From Octopus sinensis (Eukaryota), in the NCBI RefSeq assembly GCF_006345805.1, contig NC_043001.1, forward strand, positions 132,370,001 to 132,434,000: a DNA stretch of 64,000 bases, in the 5' to 3' direction. This document shows positions 1-13,916 of the stretch, in pieces (the stretch's first letter is position 1; each line of letters opens with the position of its first letter). Made by a program: the position numbers and the translations under genes. The notes beneath the pieces were generated by a model. The model was not told the DNA's origin. It saw only the letters and a list, made by a program, of their open reading frames with translations, and searched no databases.

Positions 1-396
1 TGTGACCTACAATTTAAAAAAATTAATACTTTGTCGCATTTTATCAATCTAAATAATTAATATAGTAAATTAATTTTTTAAAAAAAGCTAATCTTTTACT
101 GAATGCCAAGAATCATGGGACTGAATTTTCTTTAATTTCCATAATATGAAGCAAATGAGGCATATAAAAGTGTAATAGGCCAGCTGGATTGAACTCAGTA
201 CCTCAAAATAACAAGATGCTCACTATTTCTATAGTTCTGTCACTGGTAACACTAGTGAATTATGGTATTTACTAAAAATAGCTGTTGAATTAAATGTGTT
301 GTGACTCCATATTTAATGAAATATGCAAAAGGTTCCCATCATAATTTTATAACCAGAAGTAGTCACAAATGAATTGGTGTTGAAACCAAACCTGTT

Positions 397-495
397 TTAA
401 GTGGCTTCATTGTAGATGCGATGCAGTAGCAGAACAAGAACTGTTGAATCTTTTGCTGGTTGTCCAGTACCATTCCTAAGCCAACCTACTGAGAT
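397..495 (-). CDS. Possible terminal coding exon ISVGWLRNGTGQPAKDSTVLVLLLHRIYNEAT*
   Basis: Acceptor ttacttgttttag; only phase 0 is open; runs to TAA in a repeat-free region. Weak support only. Confidence 0.25.
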   Translation of the reverse strand: MSVGWLRNGTGQPAKDSTVLVLLLHRIYNEAT

Positions 496-1516
496 CTAAA
501 ACAAGTAATTCTACAGGTCACATCTACTGAAATGAATTTATTGCAGACTAACCTACGACCAAAAGGCAAATACATGTTTAAATTTTGAAATGAAGTAAAT
601 AGGTAGTTTGTACAAAGGTTACAAATACTCTTTGAAGAAGTGAGAATAAAAACATGAGAATCTGTTTCATTTTTGTTTTAAGTTTGATAAATATCACTTT
701 CCTGCATTTTTACTAATATTACTTTGTGGGAACTAAGTCAATGTGTTGTGCAGAAGTAAGATACATTCAGGTAAACAATTCTGAAAATACATCAAAACAT
801 CTATTTGGAAAATGTTTACTGGGAAAGAAAAGCTTTTAAAAGTAAGTAGTATGTACAATAAGAGTTGCATGTCATTGATTTATACCCCTTCAGCAGTTTA
901 ACCATAGTAAAATAAATGTTGCAATTCTTTCACTATTGACAGCAGGGATTAAACAGAAAAGCATTAAAATTATCTGAGAAATCTAAATTTAACAACAACA
1001 TGTATTCTGATCTCATATACATTTACACACAAAGAAAAATAGATTCATGAGCAACTTTTATACATATTTTGAAAATAAAGCTTTTAAGTGTAACCTCTGC
1101 AGGAATTGGTTTCTGACAGACCCCCAACAGTCATGAATAATCCCAACAGAAATTACAAAATTGAGCATTTATCTTTTTTTTTTAACATTATAATCTGTGA
1201 TATGAATACTTAGCTTCCATTACATTTTATAGATATTCTATTAAACTAAAGTCAAAATCAGTAAATGTAATATTAAACAGGTGAAAGACAGGGGTGAGAA
1301 TATAGTATGATGTACACAAAATTAATTCCACATGAAGTACTCTGATCCCAACAAGAAATGGACCCAAAAATTGCAAAAGTTTTACAACCTCATTCCACAC
1401 ATATAAAAATGGTATTATCATCACATATTTCATTTTTCCCTCCATATTTCATAACTTATTTTATTAAGCAACAGAAATCTATGATCACCTAGCAGTTTTG
1501 TAAAGTAGTATAAATA

Positions 1517-1924
1517 GGCGCAGGAGTGGCTGTGTGGTAAGTAGCTTGCTAACCAACCACATGGTTCCGGGTTCAGTCCCACTGTGTGGCATCTTGGGCA
1601 AGTGTCTTCTGCTATAGCCCCGGGCCAACCTTGTGAGTGGATTTGGTAGATGGAAACTGAAAGAAGCCTGTCGTATATATATATATATATGTGTGTGTAT
1701 ATGTGTTTGTGTGTCTGTCTTTGTCCTCCTAGCATTGCTTGACAACCGATGCTGGTGTGTTTACGTCCCCGTCACTTAGCAGTTCGGCAAAAGAGACCGA
1801 TAGAATAAGTACTGGGCTTACAAAGAATAAGTCCCGGGGTCGATTTGCTCAACTAAAGGCGGTGCTCCAGCATGGCCACAGTCAAATGACTGAAACAAGT
1901 AAAAGAGTAAAAGAGTAAAAGAGT
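1517..1924 (+). mobile_element. tRNA-derived SINE family A (~400 bp, AAAGAGT tail)
   Basis: Box A/B-like head TGGCTGTGTGG...GGTTCAGTCCC, internal TA/TG tract, (taaaagag)n tail; many copies in the window. Confidence 0.9.
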
Positions 1925-3883
1925 AGTATGCAAGTATGATAAGTAGTTTAATGAACTACAGCTGTTGCTGTAGTTGTTTAGCACCATGTCAGCTCTGGTT
2001 GAGTAGACCTATGATCAAAAATCTCCCAATTAACTTGCTTTGTTCATTCACCCTTTTATTACCAACCCAGCTGAAACCCGGCTCTGGCTCTGTAGTACAA
2101 ATGTCTTGTTTTCATAAGTTTTGAATTAAAATCTTCCACCAAACCTTAGTCACAATTTATGTTCCTAACACTAGCTTAATGATAACTAAGTTATTCTACT
2201 AAATTCTTTGTTATATCTAAAATAATTGAGAGAAACACTGAGGATCTCAAAATAAATACAGTAACGAAAGAGTTAAGGACTAATATTCTGTTGTGTCTTT
2301 TCCTTTTTAATTAAGACAGTAAAGTATGGTTTGAAGGATATTTGACTGCTCTTTCTAATAGGTTGAACAGCTGTGTAGAGGTTTCCTCATTGGCTCCTAT
2401 AATAGTCTCTAACAATAAACACGAGTTAACAGCAGAAATGGTTGACTGAATAAAGCACCAGATTAAAGGCATTAGATATTTAAATTACCGGAGTCAATAA
2501 AATATGTACCAGAAATATTCTAAAATCTATTAACTTGTTTAAATCCTTCTCTATAAAAATTAGCCTTTTGTCTTATTAAGAAACCAAAATTAATTTATTT
2601 GGAAAGACGATAATGAATAACTAAACAATAAACATAATATAATGATGTATCATCGAAATTGCGGTTACAAGTATTGTATTTAAATTAACAAATGAAATTG
2701 AGAATGATATGTTGTACATTGAAATACCATGGTAACCTGGATCCATATCAGTTCTAAGGAGCTAGTCTTGCAAAGGACAAACAAGAAAATATTTATATTA
2801 AACTAAAGTTAAGGAAGCTGGAATAAATATAGCAAAATTAGATTTCACTGAGAAAAATTTTTAATTTATATTAAGTTTTGTTTCATATTTTTATGGGAAA
2901 TTATCAACAGAAACCTATTTAAATGTAGTATAAGAACAAATTATTGCCAAAAGCAGCCACATTCTCAAATTCTATAAGAAACAAATGACATCTAATTGAA
3001 AACAGAAAATAGACTTTCGTAATAGTTATAAGATTTCTTTTGATTAGCTTGAAGATAAATGACGATTCTTTTTTCTTCGTTATAATTCTTATGCATACAC
3101 ATGCCTATCATAATTCCATTTTGACAATCTAGCAACCAAACTATCCTGAGAAGTTTTAATGTTTCTTGATTCCTTTCCTCTTTTTGTTCATTTTAACATT
3201 ATATCCCACATTTTACTCCCTACTTATCTCAAGTAATACAAAAAGCTTAATTTCTAGTTCTGCTATTTCTCCATTTTCCCATAATTTTCTTTAATGTCTA
3301 TGGATAAATATCAGTTTATGATGCTCTTTCATGTAAACAATTTGTAAGCGCTTTATAATCATGTAAAGTCTTTCTTTGCTGTAGAAAAAGAAGAAAAAAA
3401 CTATAGTGAGAAAACAACTCTTGTGGTTTTCTTTAAAGAACTTTAAGCATATTTACACAACAAATTGTCTAATATTTTCTCTTTAATAGGCATGACAAAT
3501 AGCATAGTTAATTTTCTAAAACCATTTTAAAGTAAACCTTTAATATGTAGAAGAAATAACAAGGATTTATCATTAATTTAAAGAAATGATTGAGTTCTAA
3601 ATGTTATGTTGTAAGGTCTCTTGACAAATTTGTGCATTTTGCTGAATTCGTGTAATTACTAATTTTTCAAAATGACAATGAAATCTACCAGAAATGTAAA
3701 AATGGTCTGAATGTTTGTATCTTTCTTTCTATATGCCATAGATTGAATTTGCCTACAAAAAATAAGTTAACATTATATTGTGTTTGATGTGTTTACATAT
3801 ATATATTCAAAATGTGACTGCGTGTGTACTGTTGGCGATTTTTTTCCTCTGTCTTCCCTTCTCTGGATCTTTCCTTCTCCTAT

Positions 3884-3918
3884 GTTTCCGACGAAGAGCT
3901 CCGCTCGAAATGTTAAAC
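3884..3918 (+). ncRNA. Degenerate minimal hammerhead motif
   Basis: gttt-CCGACGA-agagc tcc gctc-GAAA-tgtt-aaac; U4C core change and a C>T change in stem III. Confidence 0.55.
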
Positions 3919-4006
3919 CCTCCTTCTTTCCTGAGTGTCCAATAATACTATATTTGTTCCACGTTCTCGCGTTGTTGTGTTTTTTTTTGTGCTTTCATGT
4001 TTGGAT

Positions 4007-4053
<47 letters not shown>

Positions 4054-4094
4054 CAAAGAATGGAGTTGAACAACGAATTAACAAAATTCCTTTA

Positions 4095-4177
4095 TTTTCG
4101 ACATATGTTTCGAAGGCTGCATATTCCTAACTTCAAAGGAATAAGGGGTGCATTATGCTGCCTTCTCATCAGGAAAA
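4095..4177 (-). ncRNA. Minimal type I hammerhead ribozyme motif (Penelope-type)
   Basis: ttttc-CTGATGA-gaaggcagcat...atgcagccttc-GAAA-C-ATAT-G-TC-gaaaa: stems I and II pair, palindromic stem III, GUC cleavage triplet. Confidence 0.85.
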
Positions 4178-4247
4178 ACAAGGAACTTATGTCAGCATCA
4201 AGATGCACAAAAACTTTTAGATGACTGCCCACACGGAGCCCATAGTG

Positions 4248-4288
<41 letters not shown>

Positions 4289-4423
4289 GCTGGATCTCAC
4301 TCATAAGGGAACCTTACATTGCTTATAAACTCTATATTTGGATGGACTCATTTTAAACTCTGTTGGACTTTTGGACTTTATTCATAGGATATTGGAATAT
4401 TGCATATATACCTATTTCTTAAA

Positions 4424-4622
4424 CACAGAGAGGACAAACAAGGACAGACATAGGTATTAAGTCGATTACATCGACCCCAGTGCGTAACTGGTGCTTAATT
4501 TATTGACCCCGAAAGGATGAAAGGCAAAGTCGACCTCGGCGGAATTTGAACTCACAACGTAACGCAGACGAAATACCGCTAAGCATTTCACCCGGCATGC
4601 TAACGTTTCTGCCAGCTCGACC
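4424..4622 (-). mobile_element. tRNA-derived SINE family B (~240 bp)
   Basis: Head gagctggcagaaacgttagc, box B gagttcaaattcc, core gtcgactttgcctttcatcctttcggggtc. Confidence 0.9.
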
Positions 4623-4751
4623 ATTATGCATAAAAAATGGATTTATAACTTCAATACCCATACATATCTTGCATCTATTTTCTTTCCTCCACCTCACTCT
4701 CTATTTTGTATCTCATCTAAACTATCTATGACTTAACTATCTTCTCACACC

Positions 4752-4803
4752 GTCTCCGATGAAGGGGTATAATTAATAAATATCCTAGAAACAGCTGTAA
4801 TAT
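4752..4803 (+). ncRNA. Degenerate minimal hammerhead motif
   Basis: CCGATGA-aggggtat...atatcct-a-GAAA-C-AGCT-G-TA; stem I poorly paired. Confidence 0.55.
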
Positions 4804-4872
4804 CTACACAGACTTGGTTCTTTATTTTATTACGCAAAAAATTCTTGTATATATATATATATTTATGTGGCA

Positions 4873-5274
4873 TACTCTTTACTCTTTTACTCTTTTACTA
4901 GTTTCAGTCATTTGACTTTGGCCATGGTGGAGCACCGCCTTTAGTCGAACAAATCGACCCCGGGACTTATTCTTTGTAAGCCCAGTACTTATTCTATCGG
5001 TCTCTTTTGCTGAACTGCTAAGTAACGGGGACGTAAACACACCAGCATCGCTTGTCAAGCAATGCTAGGGGGACAAACACAGACACACAAACACACATAC
5101 ATATACATATATACGACAGGCTTCTTTCAGTTTCCGTCTACCAAATCCACTCACAAGGCATTGGTTGGCCCGGGGCTATAACAGAAGACACTTGCCCAAG
5201 ATGCCATGCAGTGGGACTGAACCGGGAACTATGTGGTTGGTTAGCTAGCTACTACCACACAGCCACTCCTGCGC
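4873..5274 (-). mobile_element. SINE family A
   Basis: Full-length reverse complement of 1517-1924. Confidence 0.9.
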
Positions 5275-5434
5275 ATCTATAGTATTTATATATGAGATTT
5301 TGTTGATATATATATCACCCCTCTCAGTTGTTTGCAATGTTTCTGTAGCAGTATGGCACTCCTCTATATTTAGAGTGCTACAGTGTGGCATTCTCTATAG
5401 TTAGGGAGACAATCAGAGAGTGAGGAATATGTAT

Positions 5435-5461
<27 letters not shown>

Positions 5462-5465
<4 letters not shown>

Positions 5466-5518
5466 GCATGCATGAGAGAGAGGAGCATGCATGAGAGAGA
5501 GGAGCATGTATGAGAGAG
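5462..5518 (+). repeat. 19 bp minisatellite x3 (aggagcatgcatgagagag) beside (GA)n
   Basis: Direct reading. Confidence 0.9.
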
Positions 5519-6496
5519 AGAGATAAGGCTTCAAAAAATAAATTTATCAAACATTATAGTTATTTTTCACACTATTTATAGCTACTGAAATTACATGGGA
5601 ACATTGAAAACAATGTAACAAACAGAACCACACTCTACTACATTAATCAAAGGATAACAGACTGCTGTGGTCATGGCTGGAATGCCTTTATTCCCACAAA
5701 AGCTGGATAGTTTAACTCTTGTTTCATAAAAAAAATAACCATGTCAACATCCAAAACAGATTTGGAAATCTAACAAAAACCAATATAAATTAAATTAAAT
5801 CAAATATGTAATATGTAATTTTGGAAGACAGAGCCGACCAAAAAAGAAAGACTTGATTTATGAACATCATATACATGTATATTTGTTAGTTTTACTAACT
5901 CCATCCTCTGACATTACACTGATTGTCCCAGAAAACCAATCAATCAGCAAACCCTCCAAACATTTATTCATTTATTTTTTTGTTTATGATTCAGTCATTT
6001 TTATACTTGGGAAGAAATTGCATAACTTGTTTATTAATCAGGGTATGTCATTAATTTTAAGTTGGATATTTCACCACAAATTTGATAGTATGTCACCTAA
6101 ATCTGACAATAGTTCAGTTACAACTGAGAGGGAATTTTATATAGGTAGGATTACTAGACGTGCAAGAAATAACAGTCGAATCTTCTCCTTATCATATGTT
6201 ACTATCTTCAAAAAAGATAGCGTAACCCTAGATACACTGTGTCTGAAATAAATAAGATGGGCATGGATAGAATGCCATTTTATCATGAATCTACTTGAAA
6301 AAAGCTGACTAAACAACTATAACAACAGTAATTGAGCAGTGCTAGAATGCATCTCAACTTTCTTGACACTGAGCAATTAAGAGAAAACTATCCTTTTGGA
6401 TTGGATCCCCAGTCAAAGCTTCAATCAAAGAAAAATTTAAATTCAGCAGAGTTAACGAGCAAAACATATTTCAGATATACTATAGATTCTGAGTGA

Positions 6497-6785
6497 AGGC
6501 ACATGGCTAAGTGGTTAGGATATTCAGCTCATGATCATAAGGTCGTGAGATCAGTTCCCAGTAGCATGTTGCGTCCTTGAGCTCAGCTGGCAAAAATTAA
6601 TTGCAATAATTAGTGGTACCTGTATTTCACATTTGGTGTGTCAAAATGAATCTTCCTGAGAACTACATAAAAGGTATTTGTGTCTGTGAAGTACTCAGCC
6701 ACTTGCACGTTAATTTCATGAGCAGGTTGTTTGCTTGATTGAATCAAGTGGAACAATCGTCGTCATAACCGGTGGAACACCAGTT
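6497..6785 (+). mobile_element. Old tRNA-headed SINE sharing the family C tail
   Basis: tRNA-like head, then cagccacttgcacgttaatttcatgagcagg...gtcgtcataaccgg. Confidence 0.7.
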
Positions 6786-7084
6786 AAAGATTGTAGGTGA
6801 TGTTTCTTTGCCCAGTTATAACTCTTAGCTATGGACACAACAGGATAAAAATTGTCAATTTTTCAGTCAATAGAATTATAGTCGAACAACTCAGCTAGCA
6901 CCAAATCTCATACAGTTGGTGCTGTTGTTTAGGCCCCAGGTCAATGCTGATCATCAAGCAAACATAATTAAAGGCATTTCAGCTGTTACTTTCCCATCTT
7001 TTGTATATTGAGGGCTACATTGTTCAACGTGTCACTATCTAAGATAGTAGAGAATGAACATGAAAGGAAGATTTGTCTTTTTAT

Positions 7085-7545
7085 CTTTTATCTTAATGCT
7101 TGTTTCAGTCATTGGACTGTGACTATGCTGGGGCACTAGCTGATAGGGTTCTGTCAAACAAATCAACCTTAGTATTTATTTTTAAGTCCGGTACTTATTC
7201 TGTATAGTTTTTCACTAAACTGTTAAGTTACAGAGACATAAACAACACTGGTTGTCAAGTAGCAGTGGGGAAAACATAAACACAATGACACATACATATA
7301 CATACATTAAAGACCCCCTTCGGTCAGGCACTGACCATGGGTTTGCACCTAGAGAGATACCCTCTGAGGCACAAGTCTGGGCAAGGTTGTTTTTTTTATG
7401 GAAGACCAGCAGTCGCCCATGCATACCGGCCTCCCCTCTCCACGTCACCGATGTTGTCCAAGGGAAAGGCAAGGGCCGATACAGCTTGGCACCTGTGACG
7501 TCGCAACTCATTTCTACAGCTGAGTGAACTGGAGCAACGTGAAAT
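7085..7545 (-). mobile_element. 3' half of SINE A (7085-7310) abutting the 3' part of SINE E (7310-7545)
   Basis: Motif matches to both families. Confidence 0.75.
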
Positions 7546-8508
7546 CAAAAACAGTGGGACATGCTAAAGTGTGACACATGACAAAAATTTCAGTACCCAG
7601 TATTGTAAGATGTGGGGATAGGCTAGAGTACAGAGTACAAGTCTAATAGCAGAAAGAAATAATAAGCAGAAAACAGGTGAAGTACTCAAAGCTTTAAAAG
7701 ACATATGTGCATTTCAGAAAAATGCCAAAGTAATTACATAACAAGTAGAGACATTATACAAATAAGCATTCTGCTTCATCAATGTCCTACCATAAATGTT
7801 TTCTGATTATTATATCTTTCTCGGCCAACCAAATTAACTCACAGTGCATTGGTCAGTCTGTGGCTATAGTAGAAGACACATACCCAAGATGCCACACAGT
7901 GGAACTGAACCCAAAACTGTGTGATTTCAAAGCAAGCTTCTTAACCACTCAACCATGAAGAGTGAATGGTTTGTATGTTATAATATTTATGATAGCTGGT
8001 TAACCATGTACACCAACCATATATCTCAAAAGTTCTGATAATATTCAACTGTATAATTTAGATTGACTTCTCCCTAGTTTTCTTTCTTGTGATTAATTTC
8101 TATTGAGATAAGAGGTATTGAAGATTGGTAAAAAGTACCAAAACCGTTAACTTTTACTTAATTCATTTTTGCTTAAAATAAAAGGCAAAATTTCAAAACT
8201 CTGACAGGAATTATCAATTTTCATACATGAAAAGAATTGAAAATTATTCAATTTAACAAGTGCAGAATCTCTTAAATCTTCTAGTTTAGGATGTTAGGTG
8301 AAAGTGTGTAATTGTAAAGAATTTACATAATTTAAGTTGTTTGAAGAAAGGATAAAATTTAAAAGATTTTTTCACTTTGTTGCTAAACACTGCTTCTGAG
8401 TTTCTTGAAATAAAGTTCACTTCTAAAAAGTTAATAAAACAACTCCTCTCTCATAGTTGTGTTGTCTATGTTATATACAGAAAAGGAAAGTGAAAGTAGA
8501 ACAAAAAA

Positions 8509-8890
8509 CATGGCTGTATGGTAAGAAGTTTGCTTCCTAACCCTATCATTCTGGGTTCAGTCCCACTGCATGGCAGGCATAGCTAGGTTGTAAGAAATTT
8601 TGCTTCCTAATCCCATGGTTATGGATTCAGTCCCACTGTATGGCAACTTGGACAAACAACTGCTTTCTGCTATAGTCCCAGGCTGATCAAATCTTTGTGA
8701 TTGGATTTGGTAGACAGAAACTGAAAGAAGCCTGTTGCGCATTTGCATTTGTGTATGTGTGCTGGTCTTTGTGTTTGTCCCCCACCACTGCTTCAAAGTG
8801 GTGTTGGTTATTCTTTTTTTTTATGTCCCTGTAGCATTTCAATTCAGCAAATGAGATCAACAGAATAAGTACCAGACTTATTCTGGTACT
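8509..8890 (+). mobile_element. SINE family A, diverged, with duplicated head segment
   Basis: The segment ttcagtcccactg occurs twice before the shared body. Confidence 0.75.
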
Positions 8891-8924
8891 TATTCTATCG
8901 AATATGTACCAGAATCTGTCAAAT

Positions 8925-9158
8925 AAGGTGGCGAGCTGGCAGAAATGTTAGCACACTGGGCGAAATGCGTAGCGGTATTTCATCTGCCACTATGTTCTGA
9001 GTTCAAATTCTGCCGAGGTCGACTTTGCCTGTCATCCTTTCAGGGTCGATTAAATTAGTACCAGTTACGCGCTGGGGTCGATGTAATTGACTTAATCTGT
9101 TTGTCTGTCTTTGTTTGTCCCCTCTGTGTATAGCCCCTTGTGGGCAATAAAGAAATAA
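8925..9158 (+). mobile_element. SINE family B
   Basis: Full-length copy. Confidence 0.9.
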
Positions 9159-9927
9159 GAATAAGTACCAGACTTTCAGAAGAAAAAAAAAGGAGTACCT
9201 TCAAGGGTTCCAATGACTAAAACAATAAAAGATAAATATTGTTATTTTATAGCTTCAGATACAATGGAAAAAATTACAAGATTGACTGAAACTTATCACT
9301 TTTATTTATGAAGCTTAATACAGAAACTGCTAACAACTCAGCAGTTGAGTCAACATTATGATTGTGCTACTGTAAATGAGGAAATGCATAGTTCACTTCT
9401 TAAGCAGCAAATCGTAAAAGGAAAATTAAAAATCAACAAACTTTACATTTCTTTAAATGGAGAAATACATGATCGTTTCTTTCTTGTATGTACATGTTCG
9501 GGTGGGTGTGTGTGCATTTTGGTGTTGTTTTTATTTTTTCTTGTTTTTTTTTTTTGCTATTTGGCAACCAATTGCAAGCTGATTAAATAGTTCAAGATCA
9601 AGTAATTTAAATTACCTGAAATTCTAAATTTAAAAGACATAAACTTCTCCATCGAACTGTCTCTAATTTGATCCCTCTTTGCATATCTCAGTAGTAGCTA
9701 GGCATACTGACAATTACGTTAGTATGCATCTTCCCGCTCACTCTCTCACACACTCACACACACACACACACTTACACACACATACAGACAGACAGACAAA
9801 CACACACAAATATTAGAATTGTTAACTTTTGTATTACAGTTTTCTTTAGGATACATAATGTGCTTAATCAATAAAAATAATAACTTTAAAAATAAATCTC
9901 AGAATTTAATTCATGTTAGAAATAGAT

Positions 9928-9964
9928 ATTATTATTATTATTATCATTATTATTATTATTATTA

Positions 9965-10008
<44 letters not shown>

Positions 10009-10022
10009 ATTATTATTATTAT
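9928..10022 (+). repeat. (ATT)n microsatellite
   Basis: Direct reading. Confidence 0.97.
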
Positions 10023-11660
10023 TTAGTAATAATTGCTTAATTTTTAATTATAGCTTTTTTATAAATCTAATGCACAAAATAATAGAAAAGGTCATTAAAC
10101 AGAAGACAAAAATATTAAAACAGCCTCCAGCATATGAGTTCTGGATTGCCATTTTTCTTTCAGGCATCTCATTCTAGCAAGGATTCACTGAAGATGATGA
10201 ATTCAGCAGTTTCCAATTGCTCTCAGATGTTGATGCCTGAAGCAATCATAGTCATAACATGACACCCTAGCTGCTCTGTCTTTTTAAAAATTTATTTTTC
10301 ATCTTGCTTTACTTTTCATTTCTAATCTATGTTCTCCAATTTCTTATTTTTGTTAGACTACTTCATATTTGTTTTTATTTTGTTTCTGTTGTGTTGTCTT
10401 TATTATTTTTAATTTTTGTAATTTGTAGTTTGTTCCAATGTCACAGTCAATGTTTTCTTTACCGATGCCGTCTTATTTGATCTATTGTTTCTTCTCAAGG
10501 TTTGGTTCCTCACATAGTTATTCTGTTGCCAGGTTGATTTAAATTAATCAAACTTAGTTTTGATGTTGCCTTGTTAGTTTTCATTTTCTTCTTTTTTTTT
10601 TAAATTTTCGCCAACATCTCTCCTTTGAATTTTTCTTCAGAAATTTCACTTATTACAACTCCTTATATTAAGACTAATGGAGAAATTTTAGCCCAAGACT
10701 TCACTGATTCCTCAGTTGTTACAGGAAAATCTTAAATTGCACAAGTTTTCATTGGTAATAATTATTAAAATAATGTAATATGAAACTTTCCTAACTTCAT
10801 TAATGACAAGCAAATATTTCCCACTATAAATCTGGTATGACCCATTAAATAACACCTGTATAGGAAAGAAAACTCTATGATTGCTAAAGTATTGGTTTAA
10901 GTTACTTTACATATTTTCCAATAAACACCAAAGCAGGGCACAGTTGTTACCAAAATAATGAGAAAGACAATATAGAATTAATTAATCTTAATTGATTAGA
11001 GAAATAAGATTACCTCATTACATTTTATGCCATACAACAAATTTATATAATAAAAGTTGTTGATTGATTATGTGCATAACCCAGTTGTAAGAGATTTTCT
11101 CTTCATGTGTTTTAACACTGAATCTTTAGGTGGAAAGTTTTACATCTAAATTTCATTACGGGCAGCAATAATAAATTTCTTTGTATTAGTAGCTGTTAGT
11201 AAAGCAATAATGCTTGTGTATCACAACCTCAAATTTATAAAGCTTGAATTAAATGCTAACAATGCTTGTTTAACATTTAGATTAAATTCTCGGTTAACTG
11301 TCTACCAAGTTCCAAATTAGTTATGATTTTACTCTAATGATTAGAAAAAGACAAAAAGAATCTTTAATAAAAATAAAACAAATTATGTTTATAGTGACTG
11401 ATATTTCTAAAATCATAAAAATATTTTTAATATAATAGAATTTGGCACTAAAGATAGTGAGTAAGACTACATATTCTGTACAGTATGTGTTGAGTGTCAT
11501 ACATTTCTATTCAAAGTTCCCTAAAGTTTTTTTTTCCTTCTCCCCAAAATATAAACAAAGTATTCCAGTCAGATACTTTTTGTAAAACCGGCATGGTAGC
11601 TAAAAGAGCAATTCCATAATAAAATTAAAAACATTGCAGTGTATTCACAAAAAATACAAG

Positions 11661-11747
11661 TTAAGTTTCCAGCACAGAATATTCATTATGCCATTGTGCA
11701 TTGAAGTCAAAACAAAAACAATGTGTGGTTGCAATCAACAAGGCCAC
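11661..11747 (-). CDS. Possible terminal coding exon VALLIATTHCFCFDFNAQWHNEYSVLET*
   Basis: Acceptor tagttttcag; phase 0 fits the 16194 exon end; runs to TAA. Weak support only. Confidence 0.25.
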   Translation of the reverse strand: MALLIATTHCFCFDFNAQWHNEYSVLET

Positions 11748-11938
11748 CTGAAAACTACTATTTAAGGAATTTTAAACAACTTTCCAATATTCTATTAACT
11801 CTGAAATATAAGGAATGGGTAGAAAATATTTGTTTATAAGAAACTGTACATAATATAGTTATATTACTGGTTAATTAAAAATATTTCAGAACAGAAATAA
11901 TAATAATTTAATATTATAAAGATTGTAACTGTGAATCT

Positions 11939-11939
11939 A

Positions 11940-11985
<46 letters not shown>

Positions 11986-12114
11986 TGACATACACACAAA
12001 TAGTTGATCTCATTAACCACAGTGTTCTGTTTACCTATATAGGGTTCTATCTCTCAAAAGTTATCTCTCTCTCTCTTTCTCTCTCCCCCTCTCTCTCTCT
12101 CTTTCTCTTTCCCC

Positions 12115-12145
<31 letters not shown>

Positions 12146-12152
12146 CTCTCTC
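11939..12152 (+). repeat. (CA)n and degenerate (CT)n microsatellites
   Basis: Direct reading. Confidence 0.95.
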
Positions 12153-12238
12153 AGTGTTTGTGTTGACCATCGTCCATTTTTCTCTTCCTCATGTGATCAT
12201 CTTTCAGCACATATCCAATAGATAGAATTGGAAGAATA

Positions 12239-12464
12239 TTTATTTCTTTATTGCCCACAGGGGGCTAAATATAGAGGGGACAACCAAGGACAGACAAGGG
12301 GATTAAGTCGATTATATCGCCCCCAGTGATTTACTGGTACTTATTTAATCGACCCGGAAAGGATGAAAGGCAAAGTCGACCTTGGCGGAATTTGAACTCA
12401 GAATGTAGTGGCAGACGAATTATGGCTGCGCATTTCGCCCGGCGTGCTAACGTTTCTGCCAGCT
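12239..12464 (-). mobile_element. SINE family B
   Basis: Near full-length reverse copy. Confidence 0.9.
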
Positions 12465-13916
12465 TGGATTGGAAACTTTGTTGCAATTGTTCAAAGTTGT
12501 TCATAAAATTTTAACTAATACAATTTGAATAACACTGAACTAAGCAGATAACAGACAGACCTACGATTATTATGTATTATAAAGAAAAGTTCTTGATATA
12601 TCTAGAGATACTTTTAAAAGAAGTATTCTGTATTCAAAAACGAGAGTTGAAAACTAATATGCTATTGTCTTTTAACTATCAATAAGTAAAACTTAAATAC
12701 ATTTTAATTTATTAAAAATAAGTATTCAAGTAGCAGCAAAATTTATTTCTTAATCATAGCAGTGTACTTATTCAGCAATATTTCAAGCAACAATATTATT
12801 ATTGGTGATAAAATAAGAAACTATGAAATTCTATAGCTTAATATATTAGGTGAAGGATGAAGATAAACTTAAAGTATAGGCCTCCAGGCATTAATATTCT
12901 TTTGTGGGGAGTGATAATAGGAACATTCTCTTGCTGCAGTCAATCAATACTTCCAGAACTGTGGATTCTATCTATGTATAAAGCAGAGTAATTAATATTC
13001 ATACATAAAATTAAGTTTAGATCACTTAAAAAAAATTAATAGTTAAAGGATAAGGAAAATGAAAAGGGAAAAACAAACATATACATCTTTAGATTAATTA
13101 ATCCACCTCATTACTTCTTATACTAAGAGAAAGATGAAAGGCATATTAGATAGATAACATAATTTTAAAATGTATGGATAATGGATTGGAAATTAAGTTA
13201 TTAAGAAGAGTATGTAACATAGCAATACATGTCTGCTGGGATATATTGCTATGTATGTATGCACGCATGTATGTATATAAGTATGCAGGCATATTATATG
13301 TATGCATGTATGCATGCCTGCATGCATTTGCTTGTGTGTGTATGTGCATGGAGGTTGCATATACCAATACATAAATAAATGTAGAAATATGTAAGTATAC
13401 TCATAAATAAAAAAAAAATTTATACACTTATCTCCACAAACAATATACCATAAATACATTATGATCCATAGAAAAAAAAAAAAAAAAATCAAATATTGCA
13501 TTCATATATGTATATATAAAAAACATACACATACGCACACACACACACACACACACACAACACATGCATGCACACACAGTTTACCTACAAGTTCATATGA
13601 CTCAGTATTTATTCACACACCTATCTCTGCATGTAAATCTACATATAGGTAAAATATCATACTATTATAACATTACTGAAGAAATAATAAACATGGGCTA
13701 AACTTGAGGTTCTTACGATGTAGTTTCAAGTACCAAATTCATTTCATGTAGGATGCGTAAAATTAAGTTGGGGCTTAAACAATAAATCACAAAGTAATGA
13801 CCAAGTAGCATGTACATACATGCACATGTCTACTACTTATTGATAACATAAAACAATATATAAGTTCCATATGTATGTTTTGTCGAAATATATTTGTTAA
13901 AAAATTTATCAAGAAA

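Noticed and set aside
5853-6251. 132 aa plus ORF, and a minus exon-like segment HSVSRVTLSFLKIVTYDKEKIRLLFLARL
   Set aside because: AT-rich composition explains the ORF; the minus donor (gtaatc) is weak and no phase link was found.
10030-10720. K/E/N-rich protein-like reading on the minus strand
   Set aside because: Stops are about as frequent as expected for this AT content; no frame or splice support.
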